Source: Myxococcota bacterium (GTDB taxonomy: Bacteria; Myxococcota_A; SURF-8). Taken from it: a DNA stretch of 64,000 nt. Numbering within the stretch: position 1 is the first letter of the stretch; every line of letters starts with the position of its first letter. The translations under genes were made by a program, and so were the position numbers. The notes under the pieces were generated by a model. It made no database searches. It was not told where the DNA came from and worked only from the letters and a program-made list of their open reading frames with translations. The stretch is from contig OZ223209.1 of NCBI GenBank assembly GCA_965140415.1, positions 4,448,001-4,512,000 of the forward strand. Reading direction: 5' to 3'. Below, one piece after another: positions 49,339 to 60,011 of the stretch.

Positions 49339-49638
49339 GATTGTTTCCCTGTCCCTCTAATCTGGAAAAATACCTAGAAAAAAATCGAATAATGCTACCA
49401 TCCTGCCGAAATCAAGTCAAAAGAATTCGGGTCCATCGAGAAGGCAAGAGTGGGAATTTGTAAGGGGCCGTCGGATGGTTCAAGGCTCCCGTTTTGAACC
49501 ATTCCTTATGGTCGGGGCTCCTGCCCTGACCATAGCTCGTACAACCGGCATTTAGAACTTGCCTCTCTAGCTGTATTTGTCTATCCTTTTTCAAGGACTC
49601 TGCCGCACGCCACGCGAAAACACTTCCACAAGAATGGA

Positions 49639-50769
49639 ATGGGGACGATGAACGCCAAGAACTTGCTGTTTTCACTTATCGTTGCACTGCTTCTCCTTGC
49701 CTGCACGGACAAGGAACAAGACATCCAATACGACCTGACCGAGGGCTTCGTACAAATCAACGCTGGTGGCTTTTGGATGGGCAGCCCGGATTGTAAGGAT
49801 TGCCCGGAGGATTATCCTGGAGATTGCTTCAAGGGGGCTTGTGAGTACGAAGAATGTCGGTTTGATAGTGAAGTGTTACATTCTGTCCTCTTGACTGTCG
49901 ATTACGAAATGCAACAGCATGAAACGACTCAAGAAGAGTTCGAAGCATTGATGGGATATAATCCTGCAGCTTTCGGTCCCAGTGGAAAAAGCACTTGTAC
50001 AACGAACTGTCCTGTTGAAATGATTTCGCATTTTGACGCCATGGCCTATGCCAACGAGCTTTCTAAGAAAGCAGGTTTAACCCCGTGCTATGTACTAACA
50101 AACATCGATTGCTGGAATGCGGAGGAAACGCCAATTGAGGACCAGCTTTCCAGCCCTGACGACTACATGGTCTGTTGTCGAGGAAAAACCGTAATCAACA
50201 GAGCTATGGCTGCGTTGAATGGAATTGAACGTCCACAGGATTGTGAAGGCTACCGCCTGCCAACTGAAGCGGAATGGGAGTACGCCGCAAGAGCGGGAAC
50301 CTATATGGACAATTACGCAGAAAATGTTAATACCACCGATCCCGTTGATGGAGATGGGGTATCCATTCAAATTCCAGAGAATCCTGATTTGGATAGTATA
50401 GCCTGGCATATTGGAAATCAAGAGGATGGAAGAGTCACAACACATTCAGTCATGCAAAAAGAGCCAAACACCTGGAACTTGTACGACATGATAGGGAATG
50501 TAAGGGAATATACATACACAACGGTAGGTAGTTGCTTTTCAGAAACATCACTCAGTAGCCCCGATATTGATCCTTATCATTATGAAGAAACAGAGCTATG
50601 GGTGATAAGTAAAGGAGGAGATCATTTAAGCGAGCCATGTGAACTTCGTTCTGCTTTTCGCCCTGGAGTTCTGAATTGTTCCCAAAAAGAGAAAAATTAT
50701 CGAACTAAAAGTGTAGAAGTTGCAGGTTCTTTAAAAGTTGGCTTCCGCCTTGTCCGCAGTTTGAGGTGA
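49639..50769 (+). CDS. FGE-sulfatase (SUMF1) domain lipoprotein, paralogue of the island protein's C-terminal domain
   Basis: Lipobox LLAC; FWMGSPD, PQDCEGYRLPTEAEWEYA, NLYDMIGNV.E, GFRLVRS. Confidence 0.85.
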   Translation: MGTMNAKNLLFSLIVALLLLACTDKEQDIQYDLTEGFVQINAGGFWMGSPDCKDCPEDYPGDCFKGACEYEECRFDSEVLHSVLLTVDYEMQQHETTQEEFEALMGYNPAAFGPSGKSTCTTNCPVEMISHFDAMAYANELSKKAGLTPCYVLTNIDCWNAEETPIEDQLSSPDDYMVCCRGKTVINRAMAALNGIERPQDCEGYRLPTEAEWEYAARAGTYMDNYAENVNTTDPVDGDGVSIQIPENPDLDSIAWHIGNQEDGRVTTHSVMQKEPNTWNLYDMIGNVREYTYTTVGSCFSETSLSSPDIDPYHYEETELWVISKGGDHLSEPCELRSAFRPGVLNCSQKEKNYRTKSVEVAGSLKVGFRLVRSLR

Positions 50770-50780
50770 GGTGAACCAGC

Positions 50781-51704
50781 TTATCCGATAAGCTTTTTAA
50801 GCATCGCGTCCATCGTCGTTTGATCGGGCGCACCGACTGCACCGCCTGCCTGGCGCACCGCCAGACCGCCGCAGATGTTGCCGCGCAGCAGGCATTCCTC
50901 CAGCGGACGCCCCTTCACCCAGCCGGATAAAAACCCGGCGTTAAAGCAATCCCCGGCCCCGGTCGTATCCACCACTTCGCTGTCGATGCCTTTTACCCGC
51001 AAAAGCTCGCCCTCTTGCAAGGTCAGCGAACCATGACCGCCATCTTTAATGACCGTCGGAGCAACGGCAGAAAGCGCGTGCAGCGCCTCTTCAACCTGTT
51101 CTTTGCCGCTGAGATAACGGGCTTCATCGGCGTTTGGCAGCAGCAGGTCCGCATGTCCCAGCGCCTGTTTGGCCGCTTCATCCTTCACTGACGCCCAGGC
51201 CAGATGTGGGTCGATGGCGACCTTCACGCCGCGCTCACGAGCTTTTTCCAATAAGCCCAACAATTCCGGATATTTAGGCATACAGGCAACCAGCAGCGTG
51301 TGGCAGAATTCGGCGTCGAGTAACTGTTCTGGGAAAGTATGCTCCGACGGACGGTCGACGTAAGACACAAACGCGCGATCCTGGGGAAAGCTCATCGAAA
51401 CCGTCACCGCGCGGGCATCGCCCTGCACCCGGTTCATATACGAGGTATCCACCCCCACCGCTTCCAATTCTTTAAGCAGGTAGCGGGAAATCCAGTCGGT
51501 GCCGGTCTGCGCGACCAGAGCGACGTTCAGGCCCAGTTTGGCCAGCGCACAGGAAGAATTGTAAATACCGCCCGGCTCGATCTGGAAACCGGAGGCGAAA
51601 ATCTCTTTTCCCAGTTCGGGCAGCCTGGGCAGGCCGGTGAAAATCAGGTCCAGAAACACGGCCCCCGGCTCGAAAAGCACCACATCGTAGCGCGGCCTGC
51701 TCAT
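50781..51704 (-). CDS. PfkB family carbohydrate kinase
   Basis: PN..EA, DTTGAGDCFNAG. Confidence 0.9.
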   Translation of the reverse strand: MSRPRYDVVLFEPGAVFLDLIFTGLPRLPELGKEIFASGFQIEPGGIYNSSCALAKLGLNVALVAQTGTDWISRYLLKELEAVGVDTSYMNRVQGDARAVTVSMSFPQDRAFVSYVDRPSEHTFPEQLLDAEFCHTLLVACMPKYPELLGLLEKARERGVKVAIDPHLAWASVKDEAAKQALGHADLLLPNADEARYLSGKEQVEEALHALSAVAPTVIKDGGHGSLTLQEGELLRVKGIDSEVVDTTGAGDCFNAGFLSGWVKGRPLEECLLRGNICGGLAVRQAGGAVGAPDQTTMDAMLKKLIG

Positions 51705-53059
51705 GTCCAGTTCTCGAAGTAGCGCGGAGCCGCTTTGGCGAAGGAATCGAAGAGCATCGCCGCTTCCTCGCGGCCTTCAACCAGTGGATTGAAAGCCAGC
51801 GCCTCGATAGCCCCTTCGCGCGAACGATCCAGAATCGCCCGCACCCCGGCGGATTCATAGCGCTTGACCTTGCTGATCAGCTCCACAGCCGCTTCAGGCA
51901 GCGTACCCGACCAATTCGGTGCATAGCGACCTGCACCCACCGCGCAACTGATTTCGACCACCGCGCGGTCATCCAGGAAGGGCAACGCGCCATTATTTAC
52001 AGCACACAGCGTATGCCGCACCGGCGTCTGGCTGTTGACGGCTTGCAGGAAGTCCAGCGCCACTCCGGCGTAACCTTCTTCCTCGTTGGTGGGCAGATAG
52101 CGATCCTCGCTGCGCGCGTAGTCCATGTAGCTTTCGTTACGCTGACGCTGATAGGCGAAGTAGGCATCCAGCCCCAGCTGGATCTGGTCCTGCGTCAACA
52201 TGGCTTCCAGCCTCAACAGCAGATCCTCGTTCCACTCCACGATCAACTCACCGCGACACTTTTCTTCCTCTACCATGGCTTTTAGCGCCTGCTCGGGCAG
52301 GAAGAAGTAATAGAGGTATTCATTGAGATAGGCGTTCAAATCGCCGATCAGGCTTGCAGGAAAGACCGGCATAGCCTTCTTCAAAAAAGTTGCATCCGCC
52401 AGCAGTTGCCCCAGCTTTTCCTGTCCTTCATGTTGAATCGATGTCGTAAAGGAAAGGTGATTCAATCCCGCCACCTGGGTCGTAACCGACATGCGCTCCA
52501 CACCCAGATAGTCCGAGGCATAGGTACGCGCCGTATCCGCCGAATCGCAGATTCCCACCACCCGGTCAAAACCGGCTTCGTTCATCGCTTCGGTCACGAT
52601 ACCGGCGGGATTGGTAAAGTTGATCAACCAGGCATCCGGGCTGATATCGAAGATATCGCGGGCGTAATTCACCAGCACAGGCACCGAACGACAGGCAAAG
52701 GCAAACCCGGCAGGACCGGTCGTTTCCTGGCCGATTACGTTGTAATCCAGGCAGATACGCTCGTCGATGGCGCGGCCTTTCTCGAAACCTTCGCGAATGG
52801 TCGTGATGACCGCCGCCGCTCCGCGCGCCGCCTCTTTGATGTCATTGGCAACCGTCAGCTTGAAGGGTCGCCCGACCTGCTCCAACAGCGACTCGGACAG
52901 GGGCATCATCAAACGGATCTTGCGCTTGTCGATGTCGTAAATGCTGACTTCGGAAATATCCAGTTCGCGCGCGCGTTTAGCCAGACTTCCAATCAACAGG
53001 GGCGCTCGCACCCCCGCTCCTCCGATGACCGCCAGTTTCATACTACGCCTCTCCCTCAT
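51701..53059 (-). CDS. Family 4 glycoside hydrolase (6-phospho-beta-glucosidase-like)
   Basis: KLAVIGGAG, GQETTGPAG, INFTNP, GICD, GLNH, NEYL.Y. Confidence 0.9.
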   Translation of the reverse strand: MRERRSMKLAVIGGAGVRAPLLIGSLAKRARELDISEVSIYDIDKRKIRLMMPLSESLLEQVGRPFKLTVANDIKEAARGAAAVITTIREGFEKGRAIDERICLDYNVIGQETTGPAGFAFACRSVPVLVNYARDIFDISPDAWLINFTNPAGIVTEAMNEAGFDRVVGICDSADTARTYASDYLGVERMSVTTQVAGLNHLSFTTSIQHEGQEKLGQLLADATFLKKAMPVFPASLIGDLNAYLNEYLYYFFLPEQALKAMVEEEKCRGELIVEWNEDLLLRLEAMLTQDQIQLGLDAYFAYQRQRNESYMDYARSEDRYLPTNEEEGYAGVALDFLQAVNSQTPVRHTLCAVNNGALPFLDDRAVVEISCAVGAGRYAPNWSGTLPEAAVELISKVKRYESAGVRAILDRSREGAIEALAFNPLVEGREEAAMLFDSFAKAAPRYFENWT

Positions 53060-53157
53060 TCACGCCGCTTGCGTCTTCACCGCCGCAGCACCGAAAATCT
53101 GTAAAAAAGCTGCCCTGCCTCCTGGCCACCTGCGCCGGGCAAGACCGTAACAATCGA

Positions 53158-54348
53158 TTATAGTTCGGATTTCAACTGAATGATTTTTTCCAACTCGGAT
53201 TTCGTCAACGCACCCTTGACCAGTTCGTCCCGACCGATCAACAAGGTCGGCGTTCCCGGGATTTCCAGGTCGATGGCTTCTTTCAAATCCTGCTGCAAGG
53301 TTTTTCTGGCCACAGACCCATTCAGGCAATCCTGCATGCGCTTCTCATCCAAACCCACTTCCGCTACACTCCAGGGGAAGAATTCCGTTCCGATTTTGCT
53401 CTGGTTGTGCAGCAGGAAGTTGTGATATTCCAGGCCTTTACCCTGCTGATCGGCACAGATGGCGAACATCGATGCCTGACAGGCATGCGAATGGAAGGGA
53501 CGCGGCACCATGGGATTGCAGGCCTGATCGAGCGGGAAATCCTTGCGGATCACTTTAAGCTGCTGATATTTCTTCACCAATTCTTCCAGCATCAAATCCA
53601 TTTTCAGGCAGAAGGGGCATTGGTAGTCGGAAAACACCACAATGACGACCTTGCCATTCGGGTTGCCGATGATGCGGCCTTCAAGCGAAACCGGCTTGGA
53701 GATTTTCTCCAGTTTCTGCATGACTTCTTCCAGCGCCTTCATCTTGGCCTGATGCTCGCGAACCGCACCGATGGTGAACATCGAAACAATCGCCGCCAAC
53801 ACAACCACTGCCGCTAAAAGCCGCTTCCAGCCCCCGAAAATCCATTTTACATCGGATATCAATGCTGAAACATGGCCGGTCGGCGACAGGTCGCAGGCAA
53901 GCCAGGAAAAGAGAAAGAAGAAGAAATTCACGATATACAGCGCCATGCACATGATGCACCAGGTGCCGATTTCCGCATAGCAGATCCAGGCCAGATACAG
54001 GGAATACATCAGGCTGAAGGTACCCATCCAGGCCAGGTAAACCCCGGCATGCGGCAGCTTTTCCCTAAAGCGGCTTAGCCGCAATCCAACGAGCAACGCA
54101 CAGAACAGGTAGGTCAATGTTCCCAAAACGGCAATGGGAATCCCGAACAAAGTCGCCCAGGGACTGACCGACACGGCGTCGCAGTTCAATGTTTCGTTGA
54201 TGTTGCAGAAACTCTGGTATTCATCGCCGGAAGTCGTGACCTTGAAGTGGATATAACTCAGATCGACCGCAACTCCAATCCCCGTTAATAAGATCAGCAG
54301 TAAAATCACCAGAACTATACGCGAGGTCTTTTTCATCCGTTCTTTCAT
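53158..54348 (-). CDS. VKOR-DsbA fusion (disulfide bond formation)
   Basis: VKOR Cys pairs C.......C and CIMC; C-terminal FSDYQCPFC and GTPT thioredoxin fold. Confidence 0.88.
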   Translation of the reverse strand: MKERMKKTSRIVLVILLLILLTGIGVAVDLSYIHFKVTTSGDEYQSFCNINETLNCDAVSVSPWATLFGIPIAVLGTLTYLFCALLVGLRLSRFREKLPHAGVYLAWMGTFSLMYSLYLAWICYAEIGTWCIMCMALYIVNFFFFLFSWLACDLSPTGHVSALISDVKWIFGGWKRLLAAVVVLAAIVSMFTIGAVREHQAKMKALEEVMQKLEKISKPVSLEGRIIGNPNGKVVIVVFSDYQCPFCLKMDLMLEELVKKYQQLKVIRKDFPLDQACNPMVPRPFHSHACQASMFAICADQQGKGLEYHNFLLHNQSKIGTEFFPWSVAEVGLDEKRMQDCLNGSVARKTLQQDLKEAIDLEIPGTPTLLIGRDELVKGALTKSELEKIIQLKSEL

Positions 54349-54660
54349 CCTGCAGGCGTAACAGCAAGACGATCAGCCGGGGCGCCGAAATCTTCTCGAC
54401 CAACCGATGACCACAACTCTCAGCAACATGTATTTCGGAGTAAATCCAAGCTGTTGTGCACAATGTAGCAAAACGACGACCGGATATCCTCCAAAAGGAA
54501 AAACGTGGTTATGATACTCGAATCCGCCGCTCTGTCAACCGATTAAACCGCGCAGAATACGATTCTATTCCAACATATAAAAAAAAGACTTGCATTCCTT
54601 AAAACGGTATGATAAACAGCGCGCTCGACAATGTGTGAGGCCTCTGTTTAGGAGCGAACC

Positions 54661-55047
54661 ATGACTGAAGAGAAAAAAGCCGCAAGAAAGACCCCGACCC
54701 AGATCATGAAAGATCTGTATGGCAGCAAGAAATCGCTGGTTTCCACGCTGGCCGGTCGTTTGGAACGCCGCGAGAAAGAAAGCAAGGGCGACTTCGAAAA
54801 ACGCCTGATGAAAGTTCCCGCCCAGAAATTGATGCGCCTGATGAAGCGCGCCGAGCAGATCGACGCCGCCGGTGGTCGCAACGGAATGGTGGACACCATC
54901 CACGATTTCGTCGTACGCGCGAAAACCAAAAAAGCCGACATCAAGGAAGACATCAATTACAAGAAACACCTGGCGGCCAAAACTGCCGGTGACTTGCTGG
55001 ATCGTTATCGGAGCATTCAGCGTAAGGTGCGTTCCCAGTCCAAGTAA
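54661..55047 (+). CDS. Small Lys/Arg-rich hypothetical protein
   Basis: AGGAG RBS, biased codons, downstream hairpin plus T tract (about 55073-55106). Confidence 0.75.
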   Translation: MTEEKKAARKTPTQIMKDLYGSKKSLVSTLAGRLERREKESKGDFEKRLMKVPAQKLMRLMKRAEQIDAAGGRNGMVDTIHDFVVRAKTKKADIKEDINYKKHLAAKTAGDLLDRYRSIQRKVRSQSK

Positions 55048-55119
55048 GCGACCTGTTGCGTTAGCGCATATTCGCCCGGTTTCGCGTTTGCGATACCGGG
55101 CTTTTTGCGTGGTTCCCTC

Positions 55120-56253
55120 CTACAAATCGCTACCCTCTTCCAATTTCACGAAAGGTTGCATGCCGCTGGAAAGCTCGACCTTCGAGGAGCGCTCCATCAG
55201 CACGGCTTCCGCGCCGCTTTGCCGCTCGATCAGCGCCAGGCCTTTTTGTGTACCGAGAATGAACGCGGCATAGGCCAGCGCCTTGGCAGCCAATGGATCG
55301 TTTTCCAATACCGCAATACTGCTCACATTCTGCGCCGGAACGCCGTCTAGCGGATTCAGGTAAGGGTGAAAATGCACGCCATCTTTGACGAATCCGATGG
55401 AATAGCGATTGGCGGTCATTACCGCACGTCCTTTGGGGGTGACGATGGCGAAATGGGCCAGCGCATTTTTTGGATGCGGCAGGCTGAGCTTCCAGTCGGG
55501 ACCGTTGCGCGTTCCCCGGCTGATATTATCCGCTCCGAAAAAGACGAAATAGTCTGTATATTCAGCCTCATTCAACCTCCGCTGCGCCTCGCGAAGCACC
55601 ACGGCGGATAAGATGAGGTCCAGATCCAGGCCCATGCCTTTTTCCGGCAGATACACGCTTTTCTGCTCGATATTCATTTGGATTTTTTCCGCGCCGACCA
55701 ACGAAGCGCGCGCCAATAAATCCTTTGGTTCGGGAATCACCGGCTTGGTTCGCTCGAAACTCCATTGATCGTAATAGGGTTTCAAGGTCACATCGAAGGC
55801 CCCGTCGGTCTGCTTCGATAATTCGATGCATTGCTGCAATAGCGCGAATACGTCATCGGAAACCTTGACCGGCGTTGTTCCTGCTTGCCGATTGATAGCT
55901 GCCAATTCGCTTTTCTCGCCTTCACTCGCCAGCCGCGCTTTCCAGTCGTCCACGCTTTTATAAAGCTCGTGAACCACCCCATCCAGTTTCGTGACTTGCG
56001 ACGTCACAACCTGGATGCGCAAAAGGGTGCCATCGAAGCGCTTGCTACGTTCGACCAGACGCACGGGGCTTTGTTTTTCGGTTTCTCCAACTTTCTGCAT
56101 TACGCGATCCACTACGCGCTGCTGGCGCTCTTCCGCGTTTTCCCAAGGTGAATACAGAATGAGCAAAGCGGCCAGCGTTCCGAATAAAAACAGCACCGCT
56201 CCGATTTTACTTTTCGGCGGTTTGCGATCACTTAAATATTGGCGTCGGCTCAT
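55120..56253 (-). CDS. ApbE-like FAD:protein FMN transferase, divergent
   Basis: SEL..IN, TDGAFDVT, GM.LDL, HPYLNP..G.P; several canonical motifs altered. Confidence 0.75.
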   Translation of the reverse strand: MSRRQYLSDRKPPKSKIGAVLFLFGTLAALLILYSPWENAEERQQRVVDRVMQKVGETEKQSPVRLVERSKRFDGTLLRIQVVTSQVTKLDGVVHELYKSVDDWKARLASEGEKSELAAINRQAGTTPVKVSDDVFALLQQCIELSKQTDGAFDVTLKPYYDQWSFERTKPVIPEPKDLLARASLVGAEKIQMNIEQKSVYLPEKGMGLDLDLILSAVVLREAQRRLNEAEYTDYFVFFGADNISRGTRNGPDWKLSLPHPKNALAHFAIVTPKGRAVMTANRYSIGFVKDGVHFHPYLNPLDGVPAQNVSSIAVLENDPLAAKALAYAAFILGTQKGLALIERQSGAEAVLMERSSKVELSSGMQPFVKLEEGSDL

Positions 56254-56739
56254 CCCTTCACTCCCTTGCTGGAGACATCTAAACGCTTGCAGGCTTACCA
56301 CACCGAGAAGAAATTGTAAATATCGACGAGAAGGAGTTTTGCATGGTGGCTTTGGAAAAATTCGTCAGATCCGTCTGACCGCAAAAGACCGAAGATGACC
56401 GGTAAACAAACAGTAAACGACCACTAACTGACACTACCAGACCGATGCACTTCCACGCAGCATGAGGCAGCGTGAGATCACAGCAGGCAACAACAGGCAG
56501 CATGAGCGACTGGTCAACAGGTCGTGACGGTTCCGTAGTGCGTTTTAGTGCTTACTCCTGTGTAAAAACGCCTTGTAACCGGAATTGGCAGAGTATAAAT
56601 TTCCCCTGCCTACCCATAATTTTTTAGACGAAAATTAGACGATTATTAGACGAATAACAAGCAAAAATGGCGATGCCCCGCGATGGATCAGAATTTTATC
56701 CTGATCCAAAACGTTACGCGCAGGAACCAATCCCGCACG

Positions 56740-56773
56740 AAAAAACGGGGAGCCGTTTGGTGGCTCCCCGTTT
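56740..56773 (-). terminator. Rho-independent terminator of the acyl-CoA operon
   Basis: AAACGGGGAGCC...GGCTCCCCGTTT stem with a minus-strand T run. Confidence 0.8.
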
Positions 56774-56808
56774 CTAAAACGAAGATTCAACTGATAAGAA
56801 TCGAGATC

Positions 56809-57849
56809 TTAGCCCTTGCGAATGGCTTCGAGATCCACATGCTTCTCGATCAGTTCTTCCATATGCTTGATACGCTCCACGCCTTTGGCAGTCAATAGCG
56901 GATGCAGGCGATTGACGGTCATGGCAGCGGAATACGTATCCTGCTGGGTCAGCAATAACGGCATGTCGCGTTCTTTGAACTTGCTGATGATGTTTGGCGG
57001 AGGCAGAATGTTGTTGGTCAACAACACCGCCGCGGCATCGCTGTCCAAAGCCGCCAGCAGCATGTCGGCGCGGTCGCCCGCCGTGATGATCATGCGATCT
57101 TCTTTCTGGAACAACGGATGCCGCATGGCCGCATCGGCGCTCATCGCACCAACGAATACCGTCTTCACGATGCGATCCAGGTTGTCGCCGCCGCTCAACA
57201 CCTTGGCCATCAGTTTTTCGACCAGGAAGTCCAGCTTGAAGCGTTTGAAATCGATCTCGTAAGGAATCACGCCCAGCACCGGGATTTCCAGTTTCTGGAA
57301 CTCGGGCAAATAGATTTCCTTGAAATCGTCGATATTGGGAACCTTGTTGATGATCACGCCCATCAGGTCCAGGCCCAGGTTATCGACCCAGGTTTTCAGC
57401 ATGAACGAATCGTCCAGAATGGAGGCTTCGTCACCGCTGATCACGACCAGCAGTTTCGCGCCCATGCTCTTGGTGATACTGATGGGGTCCATGTTGACCG
57501 AACAGCCATAGGAAAAGTCCTTGCCCGCTTCCACGAACAGCATGTCCTTATCCGTCTCCAGATGACCGGCCATTTCGTTCAGTTTGGCGTTCAGGGTTTC
57601 TTCGGTAAACATGTAACGCAGTTTCTGCTGCTCGAAACCGATCGTGATGGAACTGGCGTCCTCTTCGATGCCGAACAACGACACCATCAGGGCTGCGTCA
57701 TGGTCCCAAAGCTGCTTTTTCTTGTACAGCAATCGGTCCCCGAAGGGTTTCATGTAGCCGATTTTTCCGCCGAGCTTTTTGCCCAGGCCAACAATAACAC
57801 TCGTTTTACCACTGTTTCGTCTGATTGAGGCGACTACGATACGATTCAT
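56809..57849 (-). CDS. BioD-like/DRTGG-domain phosphotransacetylase N-terminal family protein
   Basis: SGKT P-loop, GYMKP, VGAM, IITAGDRAD (DRTGG-like). Confidence 0.85.
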   Translation of the reverse strand: MNRIVVASIRRNSGKTSVIVGLGKKLGGKIGYMKPFGDRLLYKKKQLWDHDAALMVSLFGIEEDASSITIGFEQQKLRYMFTEETLNAKLNEMAGHLETDKDMLFVEAGKDFSYGCSVNMDPISITKSMGAKLLVVISGDEASILDDSFMLKTWVDNLGLDLMGVIINKVPNIDDFKEIYLPEFQKLEIPVLGVIPYEIDFKRFKLDFLVEKLMAKVLSGGDNLDRIVKTVFVGAMSADAAMRHPLFQKEDRMIITAGDRADMLLAALDSDAAAVLLTNNILPPPNIISKFKERDMPLLLTQQDTYSAAMTVNRLHPLLTAKGVERIKHMEELIEKHVDLEAIRKG

Positions 57850-57854
57850 GGTCG

Positions 57855-60008
57855 TTACTCCTTCGGATTGGAAATGAGAATCCTGGCATCCAGCGCTAAA
57901 CAACCTTCGCCACGTTCATAAGCAACCAAGGGATTGATCTCGATGTCCGTGATCGACGGGCAACGCTGAATCAATTCCCCAACTTTCAACACAGTCTGGA
58001 TGACCGTTTCGATGTCCTTGGCTTTCTCACCACGAACGCCCAGCAGCAGCGGATAGGAACGAATCTCATGAATCATTTCCGCCGCTTCGCGTGTGGTGAT
58101 GGGCAGACTGCGGAAGGAGACGTCTTTCATGACTTCCACGTAAATGCCGCCCAGACCGAACATGATGATCGGTCCATATACTTTGTCTCGACGCGCCCCG
58201 ATGATCGTCTCCACGCCGGGTTCGACCATCTTGGACACTTCCATACCCGCGATGTTGGCATTCTCGTTGTACTTGCGGCAGTTGTGAATGATCGCCTGAT
58301 AGGCATCCATCACTTCTTCCTTGTTCAACAGATCCAGCGCCACACCACCGGCATCGCTCTTATGCAGAATATCCTTACTGACGATTTTCAGCACGACCGG
58401 ATAGCCGATTTCCTCTGCGGCATCGACAGCCTGGCCCATGCTCTTGGCAATACGAGCCTGCGGAATCGGAATTCCAGCCGCTCCCATAACCGCCTGAGCT
58501 TCGGCAGCCAAAAGGAAACTGCGACCGTCTTGCATCGCTTTTTTAGCCACGCCTTCGATCGTCTCGACATCGATTTCGATCTCGGCCAGCTTTTCGGCGC
58601 AATTACCTTCCAAGTCGCGTTTGTGCGCCTTGCGGTAACGATGGGAGAAATACAGCGCACCCAAGGCACTGACGGTTTCATCCACGTCGCCGATAACCGG
58701 AACGCCGCGCTTGCGCAACTCGGTGGAGTAATGCTCCAACTTCTCGCCACCGAACAGCGTGAACGCGATCGGCTTCTCGCTCTGATACTCCTTGAACTTG
58801 CGCTCCAAAACGGCAGCCAGTTTATCTTCGGCCATCGTTGCGGTTTCGCAATACAGAGACAGCACCGAGTGGATGTCGTCCATCTTCAATGCCGCCGTCA
58901 GAGCTTTGTCGTAAACCACTTCCGAGGCGCCACCGGTGATATCTACCGGGTTCTTGAAAGAACCGTATTCCGGAGCGGCGTCTTTGAAGTTCTTTTCCAG
59001 ATGTTCCATGTCGTCGTAGAGCGTGACATCGAACTTCTCGCAGGCGTCGGTCGCCAGAACGCCGATACCACCACCATTGGTGATGATGACGCAGTTGTCG
59101 CCCTTGGGTTCCGGGGAGTTGACCATGAAGGTTCCCCACTTGAACGCCTCGCTGATGGAATTGGCGCGCAACACACCGCATTGCCGCATGATCGCATCGA
59201 AGATTTCATCCGAGCCCGCCAGAGAGCCTGTGTGCGACGCAACCGCCACCGCACCGCGCTTGGAACGACCGGACTTGATGACGATGCAGGGCTTGACCGC
59301 CGTGGCTTTTCGCAGCACGTCGATAAACCGAACGCCGTCTTTGACGCCTTCGATGTACATCAAGATGATTTTGGTGTGTGGATCGTCAATCAGGTATTCA
59401 ATCAGATCCGCTTCATCGACATCGCTTTTGTTACCGACCGAAACGATGGCGCTTAAGCCGATGTTTTCGGCAGCGGTCTTTCCGATCATGGCGATACCGA
59501 TTGCGCCGCTCTGGGTGATGATCGCGATGTTGCCCGGCGAAATGTTGCCGCTGGCGAATGTCGCGTTCATATCCGAAACGCGCGAGTAGATACCGAAAAT
59601 GTTCGGTCCGAGCACGCGGCAGCCACGCTTTTTAGCGTATTCTGCGATTTTGTGCTCTTCTTCCGTGTTGCCGACCTCGCTGAAACCGGAGGTGATAATG
59701 GCAACGTTTTTCACGCCGTTGTCGGCGCATTCCTTGACCGAATCGAACACGAACGGCGCGGGAACGGTAATGCAGGCCAGATCGACCGGCTGGTCGATAT
59801 CCTTGATGCTTTTAACCGCTTCGCGATGATACACCACACCACCTTTCGGGTTGACCGGGTAAACCCCGCCCTTGTAACCCTGGCTGACGATGTTTTGTAC
59901 GACTCGGTAACCGATTTTGACCGGGTTGGTGCTGGCACCAATCACGGCCACGTTTCTGGGTTCGAACAGGTACTTGATATTTTCCGCTTGGTTTGGTTTG
60001 CTTGACAT
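57855..60008 (-). CDS. ADP-forming acetate/acyl-CoA ligase (fused alpha/beta)
   Basis: VAVIGAS, GPN..G, QSGA, ASHTGSLAG phospho-His motif, ATP-grasp HKSDAGGV, EINPL. Confidence 0.92.
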   Translation of the reverse strand: MSSKPNQAENIKYLFEPRNVAVIGASTNPVKIGYRVVQNIVSQGYKGGVYPVNPKGGVVYHREAVKSIKDIDQPVDLACITVPAPFVFDSVKECADNGVKNVAIITSGFSEVGNTEEEHKIAEYAKKRGCRVLGPNIFGIYSRVSDMNATFASGNISPGNIAIITQSGAIGIAMIGKTAAENIGLSAIVSVGNKSDVDEADLIEYLIDDPHTKIILMYIEGVKDGVRFIDVLRKATAVKPCIVIKSGRSKRGAVAVASHTGSLAGSDEIFDAIMRQCGVLRANSISEAFKWGTFMVNSPEPKGDNCVIITNGGGIGVLATDACEKFDVTLYDDMEHLEKNFKDAAPEYGSFKNPVDITGGASEVVYDKALTAALKMDDIHSVLSLYCETATMAEDKLAAVLERKFKEYQSEKPIAFTLFGGEKLEHYSTELRKRGVPVIGDVDETVSALGALYFSHRYRKAHKRDLEGNCAEKLAEIEIDVETIEGVAKKAMQDGRSFLLAAEAQAVMGAAGIPIPQARIAKSMGQAVDAAEEIGYPVVLKIVSKDILHKSDAGGVALDLLNKEEVMDAYQAIIHNCRKYNENANIAGMEVSKMVEPGVETIIGARRDKVYGPIIMFGLGGIYVEVMKDVSFRSLPITTREAAEMIHEIRSYPLLLGVRGEKAKDIETVIQTVLKVGELIQRCPSITDIEINPLVAYERGEGCLALDARILISNPKE

Positions 60009-60011
60009 AAC

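Noticed and set aside
58068-59456. Long antisense ORFs (also 2098-3186, 24360-25394, 35243-36271, 41791-42570)
   Set aside because: They shadow well-supported genes on the opposite strand and reflect GC-rich codon bias
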